A stretch of 64,000 bases of DNA from an uncultured virus (IMG/VR IMGVR_UViG_3300032213_001453) (IMGVR_UViG_3300032213_001453); one strand, 5' to 3'. Positions 1-7,784 are shown, counted from the stretch's first letter. The notes: generated by a model from the sequence alone, not told the origin. Program-made: numbers and translations.

Positions 1-114
1 AATGTTCTATCCTCCAGATTCTACAGAAGGAATTGTGACAGTAAGTTCTACACCTAGTTCCCCCCGAAATCATAAGAATATGTTATCTCTATTGAAAGCT
101 AAAGGATTGAAACT

Positions 115-420
115 GTGAAAAAGTATTATTATATTAAGACTAGGCTAACAGTAAACGAATGGGATGAGTTGATTGTCTCTCAAGATGATCCTGAACAATC
201 TGTTACCCCCCATATTTTGATTTGGCCTAATGGAGAACTTGATGGGGTTGAGGAATGGCCTATGTTCCAAGTTCATCATCGAAAGTATTTTGGTAAGTGG
301 GAAGTGGTTCATTATTCCTTTACTTATCTTCCAGATCATCTTGTTATTGATACAGAAGAACTTAAAAGGGTAGAGGTTGATAATCGTTATCCCCCCGGTT
401 TTGTATGGTCATTTAGTTAA
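115..420 (+). CDS. hypothetical protein
   Basis: 101-aa ORF with AAAGGA RBS upstream and a strong terminator downstream. Confidence 0.6.
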   Translation: MKKYYYIKTRLTVNEWDELIVSQDDPEQSVTPHILIWPNGELDGVEEWPMFQVHHRKYFGKWEVVHYSFTYLPDHLVIDTEELKRVEVDNRYPPGFVWSFS

Positions 421-447
421 TAAATAAATTTTATTTGTTTTGATTAG

Positions 448-477
448 AGGGAGGCCTTCGGGCCTCCCTTTTTTTTT
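448..477 (+). terminator. intrinsic terminator
   Basis: AGGGAGGCC-TTCG-GGCCTCCCT stem followed by a T run. Confidence 0.9.
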
Positions 478-841
478 CGCCTTATCCGGGCTTTTAAAAA
501 TGGGCCTTATAAGAGCTATTTTAGAATTTCAAGTTTTTTATCTTTCACTCTATTACATCACTTCTATAGTGAATGTATATAATCAAGTTATTATCTCTCA
601 TTCTAACCTAGAGATCTGAGATGAACATCTTTTCTACCCCGTCAAAACTCATTTTTTCTCAGATAGGTATGAAAGATACCTGATAGAACTTTCAGACGCT
701 TAGAAACGAAAATAGAGGCCTCTCAGGCTAACCTAGAGATCATTTCCGTCCCGTCTTTTTAGATATGATCTTATAAGACTACTTATAGAAATAAATAAAA
801 TAGATTTTAGAAAAAAACTTTCTTTTTTTATTTCCGATTAC

Positions 842-958
842 AATTATGTACTCAATTATGTACCTAAATAGGTACCTAATTATCCGGGCGCAATTCTCCG
901 CGAAAAGACAGCGGAGCGCCCGTCCTAATTATGTAGCTGATTATGTACATAATTAGGG
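842..958. repeat. AT-rich 12-bp tandem repeats flanking a GC-rich hairpin (886-921)
   Basis: AATTATGTACTC/AATTATGTACCT/AAATAGGTACCT units; hairpin GGGCG..CTCCGC..GCGGAG..CGCCC. Confidence 0.8.
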
Positions 959-1006
959 GGCTAAAAATAAATGGCCACCTAATTAGGCAGCCATTTATCT
1001 TGCTAC

Positions 1007-1561
1007 TTATGTCAGAGATTTTATGGCATCATTTGCCCAAGAGAATAAACGATCACGAAGACTTTCCATTTCTTCATAATACTTATTCTCCCCATCTTCA
1101 TCATCGAAACTCATAAGAGGATAATTACTGTCGAAGATTTCTTCCATCATAATTTCCTCCCCGTCTTTCGTGACTCTAATGCCGCAGAAACACATACCCG
1201 GTTCATCCCAAAAATGAATAAAAGTAAGTTCGGGGAACATCTCAGAAATCTTATCGTAACCAGTAAGAGGAGGATTCCACGGAGAATCAAAGGAATAAGT
1301 AATCTGCCCAGTATCTCCAAAGTTCTCTCCAGACATTTCGATGGAAGATTCTGCCCACTTTGTGCCCCAGTTATTTATGCACCATTCATACCCGCCAGAA
1401 TTGTAGCCCTCTAAAGACTCAAATTCTTTAGGCATAGGAATAAGAGTCCGAAGAAACGAATCAGTCTTTTCGGGATCATTAGCCGCTGCTCTACCCGCAA
1501 GAACTCTCAGAGTAATTGTAGGACCGTCAATGACGACTTTATTGTAGCACCAATTAGGCAT
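1007..1561 (-). CDS. DUF1281/YubB ferredoxin-like domain protein
   Basis: Motifs MPNWCxN, YEWCINNWGTKW, FDSPWNPP, DEPGMCFCG; GGAGG RBS before ATG at 1561. Confidence 0.7.
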   Translation of the reverse strand: MPNWCYNKVVIDGPTITLRVLAGRAAANDPEKTDSFLRTLIPMPKEFESLEGYNSGGYEWCINNWGTKWAESSIEMSGENFGDTGQITYSFDSPWNPPLTGYDKISEMFPELTFIHFWDEPGMCFCGIRVTKDGEEIMMEEIFDSNYPLMSFDDEDGENKYYEEMESLRDRLFSWANDAIKSLT

Positions 1562-1697
1562 TTTTATCCTCCAGTTTATCTGAACGCATAACGGCAGAAC
1601 TAACCCATTCTCCATCTGGCATTTCTAAGAAACATTGAGCGCAAACTCCACCCTCAACTTCTTCTGTATCACCACAGATTTCACAATTATCAGGCAT
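1554..1697 (-). CDS. small Cys-rich protein (47 aa, two CxxC)
   Basis: MPDNCEIC...CAQC; overlaps both neighbours in operon fashion. Confidence 0.5.
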   Translation of the reverse strand: MPDNCEICGDTEEVEGGVCAQCFLEMPDGEWVSSAVMRSDKLEDKNA

Positions 1698-1963
1698 TAT
1701 GACTCTCCCATACAAATTAGGCAGAAGTATTTCACTTCTTTATCTACAGAATGATCTAGAACATCTGAATAGCAAATCATGTGATCTTTCTCGAAATACT
1801 CTCCACAAGCATCACAAGCAACTTCACCTAGAAGAATAGTGGGATCACAATCCTCACAACTACCGTTGATCCAATCCGGCCATTCTCCGGCATCAGTTTC
1901 TCGGCCACAAGTATCGCAACTTCTAACGTCGGCTTTTACCCAATCCATTGAGTCAGGCATCAT
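1697..1963 (-). CDS. Cys-rich putative Zn-binding protein
   Basis: Four CxxC motifs. Confidence 0.55.
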   Translation of the reverse strand: MMPDSMDWVKADVRSCDTCGRETDAGEWPDWINGSCEDCDPTILLGEVACDACGEYFEKDHMICYSDVLDHSVDKEVKYFCLICMGES

Positions 1964-2180
1964 AGTTCACTTTCTTGGGGGTAGGAATAGCGGGATTCTT
2001 CTCGCTCCAATGTTCCTCAAACATTTTGACAGTTTGAGCAACTTTTCTTTCAGCAGACTCTTTCTCCATAGAAATAAGTTCTAACTGTCGCCAAACTGGA
2101 ATAATAGAAAGCAAATGACGAAACTCTTGTTCCATCTTTGTCTTTTCACCATTCGTGTATTTACCGTATTCCCAAGACAT
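1953..2180 (-). CDS. hypothetical protein
   Basis: GGAGG RBS before ATG at 2180; operonic. Confidence 0.55.
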   Translation of the reverse strand: MSWEYGKYTNGEKTKMEQEFRHLLSIIPVWRQLELISMEKESAERKVAQTVKMFEEHWSEKNPAIPTPKKVNYDA

Positions 2181-2185
2181 GATAA

Positions 2186-2401
2186 CTAAGCCTCCAAGCA
2201 TTCTTTGTGAAAGTAGCGGATAAGAAAACGGGAAAGATGATCTTTCCAAACTTCTTTAGCAACAATCGGGTAATCAAACCTGAGATGAACTACGGAATCG
2301 AAACTACTAACAAAACCTGTGCGGGGAAAGAATTCGTCACATTTATCACAAATGTACAATTCGTCTAGGTTTGTTGATTCTGTGATCTCTACCTGAAACA
2401 T
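2186..2401 (-). CDS. hypothetical protein (CxxC ... HxxC)
   Basis: ORF coupled to the upstream gene; GGAGG RBS. Confidence 0.55.
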   Translation of the reverse strand: MFQVEITESTNLDELYICDKCDEFFPRTGFVSSFDSVVHLRFDYPIVAKEVWKDHLSRFLIRYFHKECLEA

Positions 2402-2610
2402 CAGATGTAACCTCCAAGTCCAATAGATTCCAATACATCAAACGGAACATCATTGTAATCATACAATGCCATAGCACAACAACATTCCACTTCCATTTCA
2501 TCCTCAAACCAATCTCGCCACGGAGCGTCAGCGATAGAGGCAGAACTAAGCCCCAATTTGGAGATGAGACAACCATCAACTTCTGCCATGAACTTCTGAA
2601 AATCAGTCAT
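2401..2610 (-). CDS. hypothetical acidic protein
   Basis: GAAAGG RBS before ATG at 2610. Confidence 0.55.
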   Translation of the reverse strand: MTDFQKFMAEVDGCLISKLGLSSASIADAPWRDWFEDEMEVECCCAMALYDYNDVPFDVLESIGLGGYI

Positions 2611-2794
2611 TCTCAATAACCTTTCCGGGATAAATTGCGGGCATGAATTGCTCTGGATTATTACGACGATACTCATCGTAATTTCTATTCTGAAAATTAG
2701 TCCATAACATTGTCACAAACATTACGGAAATAATAGCCAGAAAGATTGCTGAAGCCTTTGTGATTGTGTTCAGTTTGTTATCCATAAATGCCAA
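2603..2794 (-). CDS. small membrane protein
   Basis: One hydrophobic helix; first gene of the leftward operon. Confidence 0.45.
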   Translation of the reverse strand: MAFMDNKLNTITKASAIFLAIISVMFVTMLWTNFQNRNYDEYRRNNPEQFMPAIYPGKVIEND

Positions 2795-2950
2795 TTTAGC
2801 CGCTGTAACCTGTCTGTGTCAAAAGTTTCTATAGGAACTTCGGTTAGACCCGGGCTTCTAAAATGGGGGCTTATAAGACCCTTTTTAGAAACTAATGTTA
2901 GTTATTGGATTAGAAATCTGAAAGACCCCTTATAAACCTAAATAGGAATA

Positions 2951-3103
2951 GAATTATGCACTAAACTATCAACCTATTTATGTACCTAATTTTACGGGCA
3001 CAAGACTCCGCCAAAGAGCAGCGGAGTGCCCGCCATAATTATGTACCTAATTATGTTCCTAATTAGGTACGTATTTATGTAGCTATTTATGTACATAACT
3101 ATG
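2951..3103. repeat. AT-rich 12-bp tandem repeats flanking a GC-rich hairpin (2995-3032)
   Basis: 3037-3096 = AATTATGTACCT AATTATGTTCCT AATTAGGTACGT ATTTATGTAGCT ATTTATGTACAT. Confidence 0.85.
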
Positions 3104-3115
3104 GGGGCAATGATG

Positions 3116-3142
3116 AAGCCCCCGCCACAGGAGCGGGGGCTT
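3116..3142 (-). terminator. probable terminator hairpin
   Basis: AAGCCCCCGC...GCGGGGGCTT downstream of 3187..3462. Confidence 0.6.
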
Positions 3143-3186
3143 ATTTATGCGCCTAGTGAGGTACCTCTCTAGGTCTTAGGTTAGGC

Positions 3187-3462
3187 TCAAACCTTCGCAG
3201 CGCGAATGCGAACCTGCGGGACTCCCGCCGTGTCGTAATCGATACGGCAGTCATCGTTCCGCACGTGTCGCCAGTGCTTGCGAATGATCTGAGACACCGC
3301 CGAGCGTGAAGCCTTCGGGACATTCCCGAAGGTCTCGCGGAGGATGATCGCCTGACCCGCCTTCACCTTTTTCAGCGAAGCCGCTAGGTCGGGGTTGATC
3401 TCCACCTTGCGCCCGCGAGGGGAAACCACCACCTCGTTAGCGTCAATGAATTCATCAGCCAT
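3187..3462 (-). CDS. small basic protein, paralogue of 4017..4289
   Basis: MADEFI..EVVVSPRGRKVEI...IRKHWRHVR...RIDYD.AGVPQVR shared; GGAGGTG RBS. Confidence 0.8.
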   Translation of the reverse strand: MADEFIDANEVVVSPRGRKVEINPDLAASLKKVKAGQAIILRETFGNVPKASRSAVSQIIRKHWRHVRNDDCRIDYDTAGVPQVRIRAAKV

Positions 3463-3490
3463 TTATGTTCACCTCCCTTCCGTTGGTGTG

Positions 3491-3506
3491 TGTTTCACGT
3501 GAAACA
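3491..3506. promoter_or_regulatory. parS: parS site (perfect consensus)
   Basis: TGTTTCACGTGAAACA, the canonical chromosomal ParB-binding palindrome. Confidence 0.85.
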
Positions 3507-3558
3507 CCGCCCCGTTCGGGCCTGCCCCGTTCGGTATGCCTTCATTATCGACCCCGAA

Positions 3559-3620
3559 CATGAACGGAAGGTAAACACAACCTTGCTTTCACCTAAAGAA
3601 AAAGCAAAAGGTAAGTGAAC
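3559..3620 (-). promoter_or_regulatory. PHO-box-like 11-bp-phased repeats upstream of a -10 element
   Basis: CATGAAC 3559, GGTAAAC 3570, AGTGAAC 3614, all in 11-bp phase. Confidence 0.5.
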
Positions 3621-3643
3621 GTCAGAACTGCCGGAAACATCGT

Positions 3644-3862
3644 TTATGCGCCAAATTATTTAGGGATTTATAAGCCCATTTATAAACCTAATTAGCGAAA
3701 TAGAAATGTACTAAATTATGTACATAATTATGTACCTAAATTGCTGGGCGTTTATGTTCCGGTAGGGCTGGAACATAAACGCCCACCTAATTATGTACCT
3801 ATTTAGGTATCCAATTAGCTGTCTATTTATGTGGCTATTTGGGTGGCTATTTATGTGCCTAT
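3644..3862. repeat. AT-rich 12-bp tandem repeats flanking a perfect hairpin (3746-3784)
   Basis: Six units at 3789-3860; hairpin GGGCGTTTATGTTCC-N9-GGAACATAAACGCCC. Confidence 0.85.
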
Positions 3863-3887
3863 TCGCAAGTTTCGGGGGGTTATGTCA

Positions 3888-3903
3888 AGTGACGGATGTC
3901 ACA
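3888..3903. promoter_or_regulatory. CRP/GlxR-type box (one mismatch)
   Basis: AGTGA-CGGATG-TCACA upstream of 4017..4289. Confidence 0.5.
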
Positions 3904-4016
3904 CATAATCGGGAAAATAATCGTTGTTTGGGGTAGACATGAGCCTGAGGTTCCGGTAGTGTTATCTACATGGAGTTGAGCAAGTCGCTCGGCTCACGAA
4001 TCAAGGAGAAGGAAAC

Positions 4017-4289
4017 ATGGCAGACGAGTTCATTAGTGCGGAAGAAGTTGTTGTTTCTCCCCGAGGCCGTAAGGTTGAGATCATGCCGGACCTAGCGGCA
4101 ACTCTCAAGAAACTGAAGGAAGGCCAAGCGATCCGCCTTTCCGAAACTTTCGGTGAAGTGTCGAAGGCTCACCGTTCGTCGGTGTCGCAGGTGATCCGTA
4201 AGCATTGGCGTCACGTCCGTGACGACGAGCCACGCATCGACTACGATCAGGCAGGCGTGCCTCAGGTTCGGGTGCGAGCCACACGATAG
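4017..4289 (+). CDS. small basic protein, paralogue of 3187..3462
   Basis: High visible similarity to 3187..3462; AAGGAG RBS. Confidence 0.8.
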   Translation: MADEFISAEEVVVSPRGRKVEIMPDLAATLKKLKEGQAIRLSETFGEVSKAHRSSVSQVIRKHWRHVRDDEPRIDYDQAGVPQVRVRATR

Positions 4290-4322
4290 CCTTTCCGCCG
4301 AGGCTATCCGGCTCCCCGATAG

Positions 4323-4354
4323 AAAGGCCCCCGGTTCCGCCACCGGGGGCCTTT
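4323..4354. terminator. intrinsic terminator (bidirectional-looking)
   Basis: AAAGGCCCCCGGT-N6-ACCGGGGGCCTTT. Confidence 0.8.
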
Positions 4355-4401
4355 CGTTTACCGGGCTATTTATTTACATTCTTATAAGGCTAGTTGGGAA
4401 C

Positions 4402-4535
4402 CTAATTATGAAAATACACGCACACTCAATTAGGCACCTAATTATGTGCCTAATTTTGCGGGTGCAAAAGTGTGCGATGAAGCTGCACACGGGCACCCGC
4501 CCTAATTATGTACCTATTTGGGAACATAATTGGGG
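4402..4535. repeat. AT-rich 12-bp repeats flanking a GC-rich hairpin (4458-4500)
   Basis: AATTAGGCACCT AATTATGTGCCT ... AATTATGTACCT; GCGGGTGC..GTGTGC..GCACAC..GCACCCGC. Confidence 0.75.
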
Positions 4536-4573
4536 GGACAATTATGAAGCCCCTCCGAAGAGGGGCCGCATAA

Positions 4574-5074
4574 TTAGAAGCCTAATTCGGTGAGGCGTCC
4601 CCATGCCCCTTCCGGCATACTTATGTACCTATCTGTGTCCCACATCATTTCGTTGAGGAGTTGGATCTCTTCGTCGATTTCGTTCTGTCGGGAGATTTCC
4701 ATCTGCTGTTCGATCCGGCGATCCCATCCAATTTGTTCGTAGCGACGTTCGTCGCTGATGAGTCCGTCTCCCATGTCGGCAAGGATGTTGAGGAGACTGA
4801 AGGCACGCTCTTCCCATTTGCCCATTTCCTCACGTTCCTGAAAGTCGATCAGTCGCCCGTTGAGAACCTGAGCGCAGTAGTGAGACTTGGCAGCCTTGAT
4901 GTGGATAACTTCCAGCACGTTCCCGTCGTCGTACATGGCGAGGGATGTGATGGGGAGAATCTCGGCGCTGTAGAACACCTTGGTGAATGTCTTCATGATG
5001 TGGCGGGCGACGATTGAGAAGTTCTCTCGCCCGACGTTTCCGATGGTGCCACCGATGAGTTCGGTACCGTACAT
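4574..5074 (-). CDS. hypothetical protein (166 aa)
   Basis: GGAGG RBS before ATG at 5074; acidic C-terminus. Confidence 0.65.
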   Translation of the reverse strand: MYGTELIGGTIGNVGRENFSIVARHIMKTFTKVFYSAEILPITSLAMYDDGNVLEVIHIKAAKSHYCAQVLNGRLIDFQEREEMGKWEERAFSLLNILADMGDGLISDERRYEQIGWDRRIEQQMEISRQNEIDEEIQLLNEMMWDTDRYISMPEGAWGRLTELGF

Positions 5075-5168
5075 AATCAGCCTCCGTGGTTGTGGGGAGC
5101 CGTTCTCCCCAACAAGTAAGACGGTATCACGGATGGGCGGTGGGCGCACATCGAAACGGGCCATTCTA

Positions 5169-5186
5169 GGTGAACTTTAGGTGAAC
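5169..5186 (-). promoter_or_regulatory. PHO-box-like direct repeat
   Basis: Minus strand reads GTTCACC-TAAA-GTTCACC (11-bp period). Confidence 0.6.
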
Positions 5187-5393
5187 AAATCTGAGCCAGA
5201 AAACTGGCCCATCCGGGGAAAATTATGTGGCTCTTATAATCTTTTTTTTGGAACATAATTAGGAATACAATTATGAACATAAAGACTCAGATAGGTATGT
5301 GGATTGGATTATATGCTAAATTATGTACATAAATAGGAACCTAAACGGCGGACGAGCAAGCGTGCGATGGAGTGGGTGGCGAGCACCCGCAAA

Positions 5394-5431
5394 AAGTTAT
5401 CCACAGGCTCCGAAGAACCTGTGGATAACTT
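5394..5431 (-). terminator. terminator hairpin built from two inverted DnaA boxes
   Basis: AAGTTATCCACAGG-N10-CCTGTGGATAACTT with a minus-strand T run; TTATCCACA at 5397, TGTGGATAA at 5420. Confidence 0.75.
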
Positions 5432-5435
5432 CTGG

Positions 5436-5801
5436 TCAGTCTACGACGATTGCGATTTCGTCAGGCCCGAACACGCCAGTCTTGACGTAGTAGGTCACTA
5501 GCCAAGTCTTGAGAGCCATGCTCTGAGTTTGTTCGTTGGTGGTGGCTCGGCCAAGGTCCGATTCCGTGGCTCGGTAGCAGTCACCCTTGGCGGAGTGATC
5601 CCGACGACGTAGGGCCGGATTCTTGACGACAGCCGGAGCCAGTCGGGGGAGTTTGTGAATCTGGCCCGAAGCGATTGCGGCTTCGATGTCTGGCCGACGG
5701 ACTCGGGCCAGAGCCAGAGCGTGATCGACTGCGGCTAGTTGGGCCTTGGTTGGTTTCTTGGTCGGAGTGGCTACCGACTTGGTGTAGAGGCTGATTGCCA
5801 T
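5436..5801 (-). CDS. basic protein, member of a 3-paralogue family
   Basis: PT(K/R)KPTKA...(R/K)VRRP(D/E)xEA...RRRD(H/Y)...D.GRA...YYV..GV shared with 6335..6709 and 7237..7605; appears leaderless. Confidence 0.8.
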   Translation of the reverse strand: MAISLYTKSVATPTKKPTKAQLAAVDHALALARVRRPDIEAAIASGQIHKLPRLAPAVVKNPALRRRDHSAKGDCYRATESDLGRATTNEQTQSMALKTWLVTYYVKTGVFGPDEIAIVVD

Positions 5802-5822
5802 AGGTGCATTATTGCGAACCTA

Positions 5823-5884
5823 AGTGAACGAATGGTGTCGTGATGGTAAACGGAAGGTAATTTGTAGGTGAACATCAGGTGAAC
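5823..5884 (-). promoter_or_regulatory. PHO-box-like array of six 11-bp units
   Basis: AGTGAAC 5823, GGTGTCG 5834, GGTAAAC 5845, GGTAATT 5856, GGTGAAC 5867, GGTGAAC 5878. Confidence 0.7.
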
Positions 5885-6031
5885 AAACTCTCCTCGTAGA
5901 TTGGCTCCTGCGGGCCTCTGAGGGTGTCGGATGATGGGTAGGTGCGGGCGATTCTGCGGGCCGTCAGAGACGATTCTAGGGGCCTCTCACGGGGAATTCA
6001 CTTTCATGCATGATTATGCAGAGGGGCATTG

Positions 6032-6047
6032 TGTGACGTTTGTCACA
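6032..6047. promoter_or_regulatory. CRP/GlxR-type box
   Basis: TGTGA-CGTTTG-TCACA, perfect consensus, intergenic. Confidence 0.6.
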
Positions 6048-6334
6048 TCAGATTTTGATTGTGTACTAAATTAGGTACATAAATACGGCGAAGAAAGCCG
6101 GACGAGCAAGCGAGCGATGGAGTTACCGGGCTGTGCGCCCGTCCCGGGCCTTCAAAATGGGTCCTTTTAATCTTTTTTTCTGAGTATAATTTGAAACATA
6201 GATTGGGACATAAATTATGTTTTCCCTGCATAGAATACGAAAATGTACTAAATCTCGGTATATTCTATCCCCGTTGTTGCAGGGCGAGCAAGCGAGCGAG
6301 GGAGTCGGGGCGGAGCACCCTCGCTCGCTGCCTG

Positions 6335-6709
6335 TCAATCGTCGTCCACCACGATGGCCAACTCATCCTCACCGATGACGCCGGTAGCGACGTAGTACGT
6401 CGTGAGCCATGTCTTCGCTGCCATGCTCATCGTCTGAGGGTTGGTGCTCGCTCGCCCCATGTCGGCAGCGGTGAGCGTGTAGGCGTGAGCGTCGGTGCGG
6501 TAGTCACGTCGGCGGCGTCCGGCGTCCTTCACTTCGGCGGCGGTGAGCGTGGTGAGTTTGTGGAATCCACCGCGAGCGATGAATGCCTCAATGTCGGGGC
6601 GACGAACCCTAGCGAGCGCTAAAGCGTGCTCAGCGGCGGCGAGCGCTGCCTTCGTGGGTTTGCGGGTCGGGGTGGCACTGCTCTTGCGGTACATTCGGAC
6701 GGTGCTCAT
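6335..6709 (-). CDS. basic protein, member of the 3-paralogue family
   Basis: Paralogy to 5436..5801; GAAAGG RBS before ATG at 6709. Confidence 0.8.
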   Translation of the reverse strand: MSTVRMYRKSSATPTRKPTKAALAAAEHALALARVRRPDIEAFIARGGFHKLTTLTAAEVKDAGRRRRDYRTDAHAYTLTAADMGRASTNPQTMSMAAKTWLTTYYVATGVIGEDELAIVVDDD

Positions 6710-6818
6710 TTGGAGCCTTTCTGTATGGGTTTTTAGGAACATACTCAACTGCTGAGGGAAATCTAGTCGGTGCTACAAGGGCGAGCAAGCGAGCGAGGGA
6801 GTCGGGGCGGAGCACCCG

Positions 6819-7085
6819 CTAGGGACGTTCCAAACCAGCGTGAGCGACTGCTATGGCCCTCAGTACGTTCATACCGGGAAAGGCTAGGAACGTAACCTCG
6901 TTGATGATTTCGCCAGCACGCTCGTTCATCCGAATGATGGAGAAAGCGACGGCCCCACTTGGGAGCCACGCGAACGGATGAAGGATGATGTCGGGGGCGT
7001 CAGAAAACCCGTAGTTCTCACCTTGCCCTACCCACTCGGCGCACGTATCGAATTCAGAAATGGAATCGGTCAGGGAGTCAAACAT
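6819..7085 (-). CDS. hypothetical protein (88 aa)
   Basis: GAAAGG RBS before ATG at 7085; fills one repeat interval. Confidence 0.65.
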   Translation of the reverse strand: MFDSLTDSISEFDTCAEWVGQGENYGFSDAPDIILHPFAWLPSGAVAFSIIRMNERAGEIINEVTFLAFPGMNVLRAIAVAHAGLERP

Positions 7086-7188
7086 AGGAACAACCTTTCG
7101 GGATAGGTACTCAACTAGGGACGATACTAGAACGGAAGATGGAGGGCGAGCAAGCGAGCGAGGGAGTCGGGTGCGGAGCACCCGCAAA

Positions 7189-7227
7189 AAGTTATCCACA
7201 GGCCCGACTGCTGCCTGTGGATAACTT
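7189..7227 (-). terminator. terminator hairpin built from two inverted DnaA boxes
   Basis: AAGTTATCCACAGG...CCTGTGGATAACTT; boxes at 7192 and 7216. Confidence 0.75.
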
Positions 7228-7236
7228 CGGTTTCGA

Positions 7237-7605
7237 TCAATCGGGATCGACAACTACGGCGAACTCATCGGCAGCGAGGACACCGGCTTCGACATAGTAG
7301 TTCATGATCCAGATTCGGAGTGCCATAGAGACGGTCTGTTCCGATGCCGTGGCCCGTCCCTTGTCACCTTCGGTGACGATGTAGGCAGATCCCTTGCCGG
7401 TGTGATCACGACGGCGACGGCCTGAATCTCGAACCTCGGCGTCGGTGAGTTCGGGGAGAGAGTGGAAGGCACCGGATCGAAGGAACGCTTCCAGTTCGGG
7501 ACGGCGAACCTTCGACAGAACTAGAAGGTAGTCGGCGTATTCCAGTATGGCCTTCGTCGGCTTGCGGGTTGGGGAAATGCTGGCCTTGCGGTAGATCCGG
7601 ATCAT
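7237..7605 (-). CDS. basic protein, member of the 3-paralogue family
   Basis: Paralogy; GAAAGGGA RBS before ATG at 7605. Confidence 0.8.
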   Translation of the reverse strand: MIRIYRKASISPTRKPTKAILEYADYLLVLSKVRRPELEAFLRSGAFHSLPELTDAEVRDSGRRRRDHTGKGSAYIVTEGDKGRATASEQTVSMALRIWIMNYYVEAGVLAADEFAVVVDPD

Positions 7606-7626
7606 GTCGATCCCTTTCGGTTGGTG

Positions 7627-7642
7627 TGTTTCACGTGAAACA
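7627..7642. promoter_or_regulatory. parS: parS site (perfect consensus)
   Basis: TGTTTCACGTGAAACA. Confidence 0.85.
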
Positions 7643-7688
7643 CTCGGACACCGGCTTGCTTGCCGATAGGTACATCGTTGCAAACCCA

Positions 7689-7739
7689 AGTGAACGGAAG
7701 GTGAACTAGGAGCGAACTGAGGGGAAAGATTAGGTGAAT
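7689..7739 (-). promoter_or_regulatory. PHO-box-like array of 11-bp units
   Basis: AGTGAAC 7689, GGTGAAC 7700, AGCGAAC 7711, GGGAAAG 7722, GGTGAAT 7733. Confidence 0.65.
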
Positions 7740-7756
7740 CATTAGGTGCATCTAGG

Positions 7757-7772
7757 TGTGACAAGCGTCACA
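7757..7772. promoter_or_regulatory. CRP/GlxR-type box
   Basis: TGTGA-CAAGCG-TCACA, perfect consensus. Confidence 0.6.
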
Positions 7773-7784
7773 CGAAATGAGGGG

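Noticed and set aside
3863..3890. dif site (TTATGTCAAGT resembles a XerD arm)
   Set aside because: No XerC-like arm six bp upstream; it may simply be a minus-strand TTGACA.
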